This document shows positions 42,901 to 56,400 of a stretch of 64,000 nt of DNA, piece by piece. The translations under genes were made by a program, and so were the position numbers. Source of the stretch: Eledone cirrhosa (taxonomy: Eukaryota); NCBI GenBank assembly GCA_964016885.1, contig OZ024742.1, positions 31,930,001 to 31,994,000 of the forward strand. The letters are read 5' to 3'. The notes beneath the pieces were generated by a model. That model did not search any database, was not told the origin of the DNA, and saw nothing but the letters and a program-made list of their open reading frames with translations. Within the stretch, counting starts at the first letter, position 1; each line of letters starts with the position of its first letter.

Positions 42901-43399
42901 GACTGTAGTCTCTGGTAACTCAATGTCTTCACTGTTACTTAACTGTTCCTACCTAGTATCTGTGGTATGTGGACTGTGGTCTCTGGTAACTCAATGTCTT
43001 CACTGTTACTTAACTGTTCCAACCTAATATCTGCGGTCTGTGGACTGTAGTCTCTGGTAACTCAATGTCTTCACTGTTACTTAACTGTTCCAACCTAATG
43101 TCTGTGGTCTGTGGACTGTAGTCTCTGGTAACTCAATGTCTTCACTGTTACTTAACTGTTCCAACCTAATATCTGTGGTCTGTAGACTGTAGTCTCTGGT
43201 AACTCAATGTCTTCACTGTTACTTAACTGTTCCTACCTAATATCTGTAATCTGTGGACTGTAGTCTCTGGTAACTCAATGTCTTCACTGTTACTTAACTG
43301 TTCCAACCTAATGTCTGTGGTATGTGGACTGTAGTCTCTGGTAACTCAATGTCTTCACTGTTCCAACCTAATATCTGTGGTCTGTGGACTGTAGTCTCT

Positions 43400-46300
43400 G
43401 GTAACTCAATGTCTTCACTGTTACTTAACTGTTCCAACCTAATATCTGTGGTCTGTGGACTGTAGTCTCTGGTAACTCAATGTCTTCACTGTTCCAACCT
43501 AATATCTGTGGTCTGTGGACTGTAGTCTCTGGTAACTCAATGTCTTCACTGTTACTTAACTGTTCCAACCTAATGTCTGTGGTATGTGGACTGTAGTCTC
43601 TGGTAACTCAATGTCTTCACTGTTCCAACCTAATATCTGTGGTCTGTGGACTGTAGTCTCTGGTAACTCAATGTCTTCACTGTTACTTAACTGTTCCAAC
43701 CTAATATCTGTGGTCTGTGGACTGTAGTCTCTGGTAACTCAATGTCTTCACTGTTGCTTAACTGTTCCAACCTAATGTCTGTGGTCTGTGGACTGTAGTC
43801 TCTGGTAACTCAATGTCTTCACTGTTACTTAACTGTTCCAACCTAATATCTGTGGTATGTGGACTGTGGTGTCTGGTAACTCAATGTCTTCACTGTTACT
43901 TAACTGTTCCAACCTAATATCTGTGGTCTCTGGACTGTAGTCTCTGGTAACTCAATGTCTTCACTGTTACTTAACTGTTCCTACCTAATATCTGTAATCT
44001 GTGGACTGTAGTCTCTGGTAACTCAATGTCTTCACTGTTACTTAACTGTTCCAACCTAATGTCTGTGGTATGTGGACTGTAGTCTCTGGTAACTCAATGT
44101 CTTCACTGTTCCAACCTAATATCTGTGGTCTGTGGACTGTAGTCTCTGGTAACTCAATGTCTTCACTGTTACTTAACTGTTCCAACCTAATATCTGTGGT
44201 CTGTGAACTGTAGTCTCTGGTAACTCAATGTCTTCACTGTTACTTAACTGTTCCAACCTAATATCTGTGGTATGAGGACTGTGGTCTCTGGTAACTCAAT
44301 GTCTTCACTGTTACTTAACTGTTCCAACCTAATATCTGTGGTCTGTGGACTGTAGTCTCTGGTAACTCAATGTCTTCACTGTTATTTAACTGTTGCTACC
44401 TAATATCTGTAATCTGTGGACTGTAGTCTCTGGTAACTCAATGTCTTCACTGTTACTTAACTGTTCCAACCTAATGTCTGTGGTATGTGGACTGTAGTCT
44501 CTGGTAACTCAATGTCTTCACTGTTCCAACCTAATATCTGTGGTCTGTGGACTGTAGTCTCTGGTAACTCAATGTCTTCACTGTTACTTAACTGTTCCAA
44601 CCTAATATCTGTGGTCTGTGGACTGTAGTCTCTGGTAACTCAATGTCTTCACTGTTACTTAACTGTTCCAACCTAATGTCTGTGGTCTGTGGACTGTAGT
44701 CTCTGGTAACTCAATGTCTTCACTGTTACTTAACTGTTCCAACCTAATATCTGTGGTATGTGGACTGTGGTCTCTGGTAACTCAATGTCTTCACTGTTAC
44801 TTAACTGTTCCAACCTAATATCTGTGGTCTGTGGACTGTAGTCTCTGGTAACTCAATGTCTTCACTGTTACTTAACTGTTCCTACCTAATATCTGTAATC
44901 TGTGGACTGTAGTCTCTGGTAACTCAATGTCTTCACTGTTACTTAACTGTTCCAACCTAATGTCTGTGGTATGTGGACTGTAGTCTCTGGTAACTCAATG
45001 TCTTCACTGTTCCAACCTAATATCTGTGGTCTGTGGACTGTAGTCTCTGGTAACTCAATGTCTTCACTGTTACTTAACTGTTCCAACCTAATATCTGTGG
45101 TCTGTGGACTGTAGTCTCTGGTAACTCAATGTCTTCACTGTTACTTAACTGTTCCAACCTAATATCTGTGGTCTGTGGACTGTAGTCTCTGGTAACTCAA
45201 TGTCTTCACTGTTCCAACCTAATATCTGTGGTCTGTGGACTGTAGTCTCTGGTAACTCAATGTCTTCACTGTTACTTAACTGTTCCAACCTAATGTCTGT
45301 GGTATGTGGACTGTAGTCTCTGGTAACTCAATGTCTTCACTGTTCCAACCTAATATCTGTGGTCTGTGGACTGTAGTCTCTGGTAACTCAATGTCTTCAC
45401 TGTTACTTAACTGTTCCAACCTAATATCTGTGGTCTGTGGACTGTAGTCTCTGGTAACTCAATGTCTTCACTGTTGCTTAACTGTTCCAACCTAATGTCT
45501 GTGGTCTGTGGACTGTAGTCTCTGGTAACTCAATGTCTTCACTGTTCCAACCTAATATCTGTGGTCTGTGGACTGTAGTCTCTGGTAACTCAATGTCTTC
45601 ACTGTTACTTAACTGTTCCAACCTAATATCTGTGGTCTGTGGACTGTAGTCTCTGGTAACTCAATGTCTTCACTGTTGCTTAACTGTTCCAACCTAATGT
45701 CTGTGGTCTGTGGACTGTAGTCTCTGGTAACTCAATGTCTTCACTGTTACTTAACTGTTCCAACCTAATATCTGTGGTATGTGGACTGTGGTGTCTGGTA
45801 ACTCAATGTCTTCACTGTTACTTAACTGTTCCAACCTAATATCTGTGGTCTCTGGACTGTAGTCTCTGGTAACTCAATGTCTTCACTGTTACTTAACTGT
45901 TCCTACCTAATATCTGTAATCTGTGGACTGTAGTCTCTGGTAACTCAATGTCTTCACTGTTACTTAACTGTTCCAACCTAATGTCTGTGGTATGTGGACT
46001 GTAGTCTCTGGTAACTCAATGTCTTCACTGTTCCAACCTAATATCTGTGGTCTGTGGACTGTAGTCTCTGGTAACTCAATGTCTTCACTGTTACTTAACT
46101 GTTCCAACCTAATATCTGTGGTCTGTGAACTGTAGTCTCTGGTAACTCAATGTCTTCACTGTTACTTAACTGTTCCAACCTAATATCTGTGGTATGAGGA
46201 CTGTGGTCTCTGGTAACTCAATGTCTTCACTGTTACTTAACTGTTCCAACCTAATATCTGTGGTCTGTGGACTGTAGTCTCTGGTAACTCAATGTCTTCA

Positions 46301-48230
46301 CTGTTATTTAACTGTTGCTACCTAATATCTGTAATCTGTGGACTGTAGTCTCTGGTAACTCAATGTCTTCACTGTTACTTAACTGTTCCAACCTAATGTC
46401 TGTGGTATGTGGACTGTAGTCTCTGGTAACTCAATGTCTTCACTGTTCCAACCTAATATCTGTGGTCTGTGGACTGTAGTCTCTGGTAACTCAATGTCTT
46501 CACTGTTACTTAACTGTTCCAACCTAATATCTGTGGTCTGTGGACTGTAGTCTCTGGTAACTCAATGTCTTCACTGTTACTTAACTGTTCCAACCTAATG
46601 TCTGTGGTCTGTGGACTGTAGTCTCTGGTAACTCAATGTCTTCACTGTTACTTAACTGTTCCAACCTAATATCTGTGGTATGTGGACTGTGGTCTCTGGT
46701 AACTCAATGTCTTCACTGTTACTTAACTGTTCCAACCTAATATCTGTGGTCTGTGGACTGTAGTCTCTGGTAACTCAATGTCTTCACTGTTACTTAACTG
46801 TTCCTACCTAATATCTGTAATCTGTGGACTGTAGTCTCTGGTAACTCAATGTCTTCACTGTTACTTAACTGTTCCAACCTAATGTCTGTGGTATGTGGAC
46901 TGTAGTCTCTGGTAACTCAATGTCTTCACTGTTCCAACCTAATATCTGTGGTCTGTGGACTGTAGTCTCTGGTAACTCAATGTCTTCACTGTTACTTAAC
47001 TGTTCCAACCTAATATCTGTGGTCTGTGGACTGTAGTCTCTGGTAACTCAATGTCTTCACTGTTACTTAACTGTTCCAACCTAATATCTGTGGTCTGTGG
47101 ACTGTAGTCTCTGGTAACTCAATGTCTTCACTGTTCCAACCTAATATCTGTGGTCTGTGGACTGTAGTCTCTGGTAACTCAATGTCTTCACTGTTACTTA
47201 ACTGTTCCAACCTAATGTCTGTGGTATGTGGACTGTAGTCTCTGGTAACTCAATGTCTTCACTGTTCCAACCTAATATCTGTGGTCTGTGGACTGTAGTC
47301 TCTGGTAACTCAATGTCTTCACTGTTACTTAACTGTTCCAACCTAATATCTGTGGTCTGTGGACTGTAGTCTCTGGTAACTCAATGTCTTCACTGTTGCT
47401 TAACTGTTCCAACCTAATGTCTGTGGTCTGTGGACTGTAGTCTCTGGTAACTCAATGTCTTCACTGTTACTTAACTGTTCCAACCTAATATCTGTGGTAT
47501 GTGGACTGTGGTGTCTGGTAACTCAATGTCTTCACTGTTACTTAACTGTTCCAACCTAATATCTGTGGTCTCTGGACTGTAGTCTCTGGTAACTCAATGT
47601 CTTCACTGTTACTTAACTGTTCCTACCTAATATCTGTAATCTGTGGACTGTAGTCTCTGGTAACTCAATGTCTTCACTGTTACTTAACTGTTCCAACCTA
47701 ATGTCTGTGGTATGTGGACTGTAGTCTCTGGTAACTCAATGTCTTCACTGTTCCAACCTAATATCTGTGGTCTGTGGACTGTAGTCTCTGGTAACTCAAT
47801 GTCTTCACTGTTACTTAACTGTTCCAACCTAATATCTGTGGTCTGTGAACTGTAGTCTCTGGTAACTCAATGTCTTCACTGTTACTTAACTGTTCCAACC
47901 TAATATCTGTGGTATGAGGACTGTGGTCTCTGGTAACTCAATGTCTTCACTGTTACTTAACTGTTCCAACCTAATATCTGTGGTCTGTGGACTGTAGTCT
48001 CTGGTAACTCAATGTCTTCACTGTTATTTAACTGTTGCTACCTAATATCTGTAATCTGTGGACTGTAGTCTCTGGTAACTCAATGTCTTCACTGTTACTT
48101 AACTGTTCCAACCTAATGTCTGTGGTATGTGGACTGTAGTCTCTGGTAACTCAATGTCTTCACTGTTCCAACCTAATATCTGTGGTCTGTGGACTGTAGT
48201 CTCTGGTAACTCAATGTCTTCACTGTTACT
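43400..48230. repeat. Approximately three tandem copies of a 1720/1922-bp block
   Basis: GTCTCTGGAC at 43930/45852/47572 and GTGAAC at 44206/46128/47848 give spacings of 1922 and 1720. The 202-bp difference equals 71+71+60. Confidence 0.88.
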
Positions 48231-51200
48231 TAACTGTTCCAACCTAATGTCTGTGGTCTGTGGACTGTAGTCTCTGGTAACTCAATGTCTTCACTGTTAC
48301 TTAACTGTTCCAACCTAATATCTGTGGTATGTGGACTGTGGTCTCTGGTAACTCAATGTCTTCACTGTTACTTAACTGTTCCAACCTAATATCTGTGGTC
48401 TGTGGACTGTAGTCTCTGGTAACTCAATGTCTTCACTGTTACTTAACTGTTCCTACCTAATATCTGTAATCTGTGGACTGTAGTCTCTGGTAACTCAATG
48501 TCTTCACTGTTACTTAACTGTTCCAACCTAATGTCTGTGGTATGTGGACTGTAGTCTCTGGTAACTCAATGTCTTCACTGTTCCAACCTAATATCTGTGG
48601 TCTGTGGACTGTAGTCTCTGGTAACTCAATGTCTTCACTGTTACTTAACTGTTCCAACCTAATATCTGTGGTCTGTGGACTGTAGTCTCTGGTAACTCAA
48701 TGTCTTCACTGTTACTTAACTGTTCCAACCTAATATCTGTGGTCTGTGGACTGTAGTCTCTGGTAACTCAATGTCTTCACTGTTACTTAACTGTTCCTAC
48801 CTAATATCTGTAATCTGTGGACTGTAGTCTCTGGTAACTCAATGTCTTCACTGTTACTTAACTGTTCCAACCTAATGTCTGTGGTATGTGGACTGTAGTC
48901 TCTGGTAACTCAATGTCTTCACTGTTCCAACCTAATATCTGTGGTCTGTGGACTGTAGTCTCTGGTAACTCAATGTCTTCACTGTTACTTAACTGTTCCA
49001 ACCTAATATCTGTGGTCTGTGGACTGTAGTCTCTGGTAACTCAATGTCTTCACTGTTACTTAACCGTTCCAACCTAATATCTGTGGTATGTGGACTGTGG
49101 TCTCTGGTAACTCAATGTCTTCACTGTTACTTAACTGTTCCAACCTAATGTCTGTGGTATGTGGACTGTAGTCTCTGGTAACTCAATGTCTTCACTGTTA
49201 CTTAACTGTTCCAACCTAATATCTGTGGTCTGTGGACTGTAGTCTCTGGTAACTCAATGTCTTCACTGTTACTTAACTGTTCCTACCTAATATCTGTAAT
49301 CTGTGGACTGTAGTCTCTGGTAACTCAATGTCTTCACTGTTACTTAACTGTTCCAACCTAGTATCTGTGGTATGTGGACTGTGGTCTCTGGTAACTCAAT
49401 GTCTTCACTGTTACTTAACTGTTCCAACCTAATATCTGTGGTCTGTGGACTGTAGTCTCTGGTAACTCAATGTCTTCACTGTTACTTAACTGTTCCTACC
49501 TAATATCTGTAATCTGTGGACTGTAGTCTCTGGTAACTCAATGTCTTCACTGTTACTTAACTGTTCCAACCTAATGTCTGTGGTATGTGGACTGTAGTCT
49601 CTGGTAACTCAATGTCTTCACTGTTCCAACCTAATATCTGTGGTCTGTGGACTGTAGTCTCTGGTAACTCAATGTCTTCACTGTTACTTAACTGTTCCAA
49701 CCTAATGTCTGTGGTATGTGGACTGTAGTCTCTGGTAACTCAATGTCTTCACTGTTCCAACCTAATATCTGTGGTCTGTGGACTGTAGTCTCTGGTAACT
49801 CAATGTCTTCACTGTTACTTAACTGTTCCAACCTAATATCTGTGGTCTGTGGACTGTAGTCTGGTAACTCAATGTCTTCACTGTTACTTAACTGTTCCAA
49901 CCTAATGTCTGTGGTCTGTGGACTGTAGTCTCTGGTAACTCAATGTCTTCACTGTTACTTAACTGTTCCAACCTAATATCTGTGGTATGTGGACTGTGGT
50001 CTCTGGTAACTCAATGTCTTCACTGTTACTTAACTGTTCCAACCTAATATCTGTGGTCTGTGGACTGTAGTCTCTGGTAACTCAATGTCTTCACTGTTAC
50101 TTAACTGTTCCTACCTAATATCTGTAATCTGTGGACTGTAGTCTCTGGTAACTCAATGTCTTCACTGTTACTTAACTGTTCCAACCTAATGTCTGTGGTA
50201 TGTGGACTGTAGTCTCTGGTAACTCAATGTCTTCACTGTTCCAACCTAATATCTGTGGTCTGTGGACTGTAGTCTCTGGTAACTCAATGTCTTCACTGTT
50301 ACTTAACTGTTCCAACCTAATATCTGTGGTCTGTGGACTGTAGTCTCTGGTAACTCAATGTCTTCACTGTTACTTAACTGTTCCAACCTAATATCTGTGG
50401 TCTGTGGACTTTAGTCTCTGGTAACTTAATGTCTTCACTGTTACTTAACTGTTCCAACCTAATATCTGTGGTATGTGGACTGTAGTGTCTGGTAACTCAA
50501 TGTCTTCACTGTTACTTAACTGTTCCAACCTAATGTCTGTGGTATGTGGACTGTAGTCTCTGGTAACTCAATGTCTTCACTGTTACTTAACTGTTCCAAC
50601 CTAATGTCTGTGGTATGTGGACTGTAGTCTCTGGTAACTCAATGTCTTCACTGTTCCAACCTAATATCTGTGGTCTGTGGACTGTAGTCTCTGGTAACTC
50701 AATGTCTTCACTGTTACTTAACTGTTCCAACCTAATATCTGTGGTCTGTGAACTGTAGTCTCTGGTAACTCAATGTCTTCACTGTTACTTAACTGTTCCA
50801 ACCTAATATCTGTGGTATGAGGACTGTGGTCTCTGGTAACTCAATGTCTTCACTGTTACTTAACTGTTCCAACCTAATATCTGTGGTCTGTGGACTGTAG
50901 TCTCTGGTAACTCAATGTCTTCACTGTTATTTAACTGTTGCTACCTAATATCTGTAATCTGTGGACTGTAGTCTCTGGTAACTCAATGTCTTCACTGTTA
51001 CTTAACTGTTCCAACCTAATGTCTGTGGTATGTGGACTGTAGTCTCTGGTAACTCAATGTCTTCACTGTTCCAACCTAATATCTGTGGTCTGTGGACTGT
51101 AGTCTCTGGTAACTCAATGTCTTCACTGTTACTTAACTGTTCCAACCTAATGTCTGTGGTCTGTGGACTGTAGTCTCTGGTAACTCAATGTCTTCACTGT

Positions 51201-53480
51201 TACTTAACTGTTCCAACCTAATATCTGTGGTATGTGGACTGTGGTCTCTGGTTACTCAATGTCTTCACTGTTACTTAACTGTTCCAACCTAATATCTGTG
51301 GTCTGTGGACTGTAGTCTCTGGTAACTCAATGTCTTCACTGTTACTTAACTGTTCCTACCTAATATCTGTAATCTGTGGACTGTAGTCTCTGGTAACTCA
51401 ATGTCTTCACTGTTACTTAACTGTTCCAACCTAATGTCTGTGGTATGTGGACTGTAGTCTCTGGTAACTCAATGTCTTCACTGTTCCAACCTAATATCTG
51501 TGGTCTGTGGACTGTAGTCTCTGGTAACTCAATGTCTTCACTGTTACTTAACTGTTCCAACCTAATATCTGTGGTCTGTGGACTGTAGTCTCTGGTAACT
51601 CAATGTCTTCACTGTTACTTAACTGTTCCAACCTAATATCTGTGGTCTGTGGACTGTAGTCTCTGGTAACTCAATGTCTTCACTGTTACTTAACTGTTCC
51701 TACCTAATATCTGTAATCTGTGGACTGTAGTCTCTGGTAACTCAATGTCTTCACTGTTACTTAACTGTTCCAACCTAATGTCTGTGGTATGTGGACTGTA
51801 GTCTCTGGTAACTCAATGTCTTCACTGTTCCAACCTAATATCTGTGGTCTGTGGACTGTAGTCTCTGGTAACTCAATGTCTTCACTGTTACTTAACTGTT
51901 CCAACCTAATATCTGTGGTCTGTGGACTGTAGTCTCTGGTAACTCAATGTCTTCACTGTTACTTAACCGTTCCAACCTAATATCTGTGGTATGTGGACTG
52001 TGGTCTCTGGTAACTCAATGTCTTCACTGTTACTTAACTGTTCCAACCTAATGTCTGTGGTATGTGGACTGTAGTCTCTGGTAACTCAATGTCTTCACTG
52101 TTACTTAACTGTTCCAACCTAATATCTGTGGTCTGTGGACTGTAGTCTCTGGTAACTCAATGTCTTCACTGTTACTTAACTGTTCCTACCTAATATCTGT
52201 AATCTGTGGACTGTAGTCTCTGGTAACTCAATGTCTTCACTGTTACTTAACTGTTCCAACCTAGTATCTGTGGTATGTGGACTGTGGTCTCTGGTAACTC
52301 AATGTCTTCACTGTTACTTAACTGTTCCAACCTAATATCTGTGGTCTGTGGACTGTAGTCTCTGGTAACTCAATGTCTTCACTGTTACTTAACTGTTCCT
52401 ACCTAATATCTGTAATCTGTGGACTGTAGTCTCTGGTAACTCAATGTCTTCACTGTTACTTAACTGTTCCAACCTAATGTCTGTGGTATGTGGACTGTAG
52501 TCTCTGGTAACTCAATGTCTTCACTGTTCCAACCTAATATCTGTGGTCTGTGGACTGTAGTCTCTGGTAACTCAATGTCTTCACTGTTACTTAACTGTTC
52601 CAACCTAATGTCTGTGGTATGTGGACTGTAGTCTCTGGTAACTCAATGTCTTCACTGTTCCAACCTAATATCTGTGGTCTGTGGACTGTAGTCTCTGGTA
52701 ACTCAATGTCTTCACTGTTACTTAACTGTTCCAACCTAATATCTGTGGTCTGTGGACTGTAGTCTGGTAACTCAATGTCTTCACTGTTACTTAACTGTTC
52801 CAACCTAATGTCTGTGGTCTGTGGACTGTAGTCTCTGGTAACTCAATGTCTTCACTGTTACTTAACTGTTCCAACCTAATATCTGTGGTATGTGGACTGT
52901 GGTCTCTGGTAACTCAATGTCTTCACTGTTACTTAACTGTTCCAACCTAATATCTGTGGTCTGTGGACTGTAGTCTCTGGTAACTCAATGTCTTCACTGT
53001 TACTTAACTGTTCCTACCTAATATCTGTAATCTGTGGACTGTAGTCTCTGGTAACTCAATGTCTTCACTGTTACTTAACTGTTCCAACCTAATGTCTGTG
53101 GTATGTGGACTGTAGTCTCTGGTAACTCAATGTCTTCACTGTTCCAACCTAATATCTGTGGTCTGTGGACTGTAGTCTCTGGTAACTCAATGTCTTCACT
53201 GTTACTTAACTGTTCCAACCTAATATCTGTGGTCTGTGGACTGTAGTCTCTGGTAACTCAATGTCTTCACTGTTACTTAACTGTTCCAACCTAATATCTG
53301 TGGTCTGTGGACTTTAGTCTCTGGTAACTTAATGTCTTCACTGTTACTTAACTGTTCCAACCTAATATCTGTGGTATGTGGACTGTAGTGTCTGGTAACT
53401 CAATGTCTTCACTGTTACTTAACTGTTCCAACCTAATGTCTGTGGTATGTGGACTGTAGTCTCTGGTAACTCAATGTCTT
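47680..53480. repeat. Tandem duplication, period 2903 bp
   Basis: GTGAAC 47848/50751, ORF-track marker 49688/52591 and AACTTAAT 50427/53330 all recur at +2903. Confidence 0.9.
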
Positions 53481-56400
53481 CACTGTTACTTAACTGTTCC
53501 TACCTAATATCTGTGGTCTGTGGACTGTAGTCTCTGGTAACTCAATGTCTTCACTGTTACTTAACTGTTCCAACCTAATGTCTGTGGTCTGTGGACTGTA
53601 GTCTTTGGTAACTCAATGTCTTCACTGTTACTTAACTGTTCCAACCTAATATCTGTGGTCTGTGGACTGTAGTCTCTGGTAACTCAATGTCTTCACTGTT
53701 ATTTAACTGTTCCTACCTAATATCTGTAATCTGTGGACTGTAGTCTCTGGTAACTCAATGTCTTCACTGTTACTTAACTGTTCCAACCTAATATCTGTGG
53801 TCTGTGGACTGTAGTCTCTGGTAACTCAATGTCTTCACTGTTACTTAACTGTTCCAACCTAATGTCTGTGGTATGTGGACTGTAGTCTCTGGTAACTCAA
53901 TGTCTTCACCGTTCCAACCTAATATCTCTGGTCTGTGGACTGTAGTCTCTGGTAACTCAATGTCTTCACTGTTACTTAACTGTTCCAACCTAATGTGTGT
54001 GGTCTGTGGACTGTGGTCTCTGGTAACTCAATGTCTTCACTGTTACTTAACTGTTCCAACCTAATGTGTGTGGTCTGTGGACTGTGGTCTCTGGTAACTC
54101 AATGTCTTCACTGTTACTTAACTGTTCCAACCTAATATCTGTGGTATGTGGACTGTGGTCACTGGTAACTCAATGTCTTCACTGTTACTTAACTGTTCCA
54201 ACCTAATATCTGTAATCTGTGGACTGTAGTCTCTGGTAACTCAATGTCTTCACTGTTACTTAACTGTTCCAACCTAATGTCTGTGGTATGTGGACTGTAG
54301 TCTCTGGTAACTCAATGTCTTCACTGTTCCAACCTAATATCTGTGGTCTGTGGACTGTAGTCTCTGGTAACTCAATGTCTTCACTGTTACTTAACTGTTC
54401 CAACCTAATATCTGTGGTCTGTGGACTGTAGTCTCTGGTAACTCAATGTCTTCACTGTTCCAACCTAATATCTGTGGTCTGTGGACTGTAGTCTCTGGTA
54501 ACTCAATGTCTTCACTGTTACTTAACTGTTCCAACCTAATATCTGTGGTCTGTGGACTGTAGTCTCTGGTAACTCAATGTCTTCACTGTTACTTAACTGT
54601 TCCAACCTAATATCTGTGGTATGTGGACTGTACTCTCCGGTAACTCAATGTCTTCACTGTTACTTAACTGTTCCAACCTAATGTCTGTGGTATGTGGACT
54701 GTAGTCTCTGGTAACTCAATGTCTTCACTGTTACTTAACTGTTCCAACCTAATATCTGTGGTCTGTGGACTGTAGTCTCTGGTAACTCAATGTCTTCACT
54801 GTTACTTAACTGTTCCTACCTAATATCTGTGGTATGTGGACTGTGGTCTCTGGTAACTCAATGTCTTCACTGTTACTTAACTGTTCCAACCTAATGTCTG
54901 TGGACTGTAGTGTCTGGTAACTCAATGTCTTCACTGTTACTTAACTGTTCCAACCTAATATCTGCGGTCTGTGGACTGTAGTCTCTGGTAACTCAATGTC
55001 TTCACTGTTACTTAACTGTTCCAACCTAATGTCTGTGGTCTGTGGACTGTAGTCTCTGGTAACTCAATGTCTTCACTGTTACTTAACTGTTCCTACCTAA
55101 TATCTGTGGTATGTGGACTGTGGTCTCTGGTAACTCAATGTCTTCACTGTTACTTAACTGTTCCAACCTAATATCTGCGGTCTGTGGACTGTAGTCTCTG
55201 GTAACTCAATGTCTTCACTGTTACTTAACTGTTCCAACCTAATGTCTGTGGTCTGTGGACTGTAGTCTCTGGTAACTCAATGTCTTCACTGTTACTTAAC
55301 TGTTCCTACCTAATATCTGTGGTATGTGGACTGTGGTCTCTGGTAACTCAATGTCTTCACTGTTACTTAACTGTTCCAACCTAATATCTGCGGTCTGTGG
55401 ACTGTAGTCTCTGGTAACTCAATGTCTTCACTGTTACTTAACTGTTCCAACCTAATGTCTGTGGTCTGTGGACTGTAGTCTCTGGTAACTCAATGTCTTC
55501 ACTGTTACTTAACTGTTCCAACCTAATATCTGTGGTCTGTGGACTGTAGTCTCTGGTAACTCAATGTCTTCACTGTTACTTAACTGTTCCTACCTAATAT
55601 CTGTAATCTGTGGACTGTAGTCTCTGGTAACTCAATGTCTTCACTGTTACTTAACTGTTCCAACCTAATGTCTGTGGTATGTGGACTGTAGTCTCTGGTA
55701 ACTCAATGTCTTCACTGTTCCAACCTAATATCTGTGGTCTGTGGACTGTAGTCTCTGGTAACTCAATGTCTTCACTGTTACTTAACTGTTCCAACCTAAT
55801 ATCTGTGGTCTGTGGACTGTAGTCTCTGGTAACTCAATGTCTTCACTGTTACTTAACTGTTCCTACCTAATATCTGTAATCTGTGGACTGTAGTCTCTGG
55901 TAACTCAATGTCTTCACTGTTACTTAACTGTTCCAACCTAATGTCTGTGGTATGTGGACTGTAGTCTCTGGTAACTCAATGTCTTCACTGTTCCAACCTA
56001 ATATCTGTGGTCTGTGGACTGTAGTCTCTGGTAACTCAATGTCTTCACTGTTACTTAACTGTTCCAACCTAATATCTGTGGTCTGTGGACTGTAGTCTCT
56101 GGTAACTCAATGTCTTCACTGTTGCTTAACTGTTCCAACCTAATGTCTGTGGTCTGTGGACTGTAGTCTCTGGTAACTCAATGTCTTCACTGTTACTTAA
56201 CTGTTCCAACCTAATATCTGTGGTATGTGGACTGTGGTGTCTGGTAACTCAATGTCTTCACTGTTACTTAACTGTTCCAACCTAATATCTGTGGTCTGTG
56301 GACTGTAGTCTCTGGTAACTCAATGTCTTCACTGTTACTTAACTGTTCCTACCTAATATCTGTAATCTGTGGACTGTAGTCTCTGGTAACTCAATGTCTT

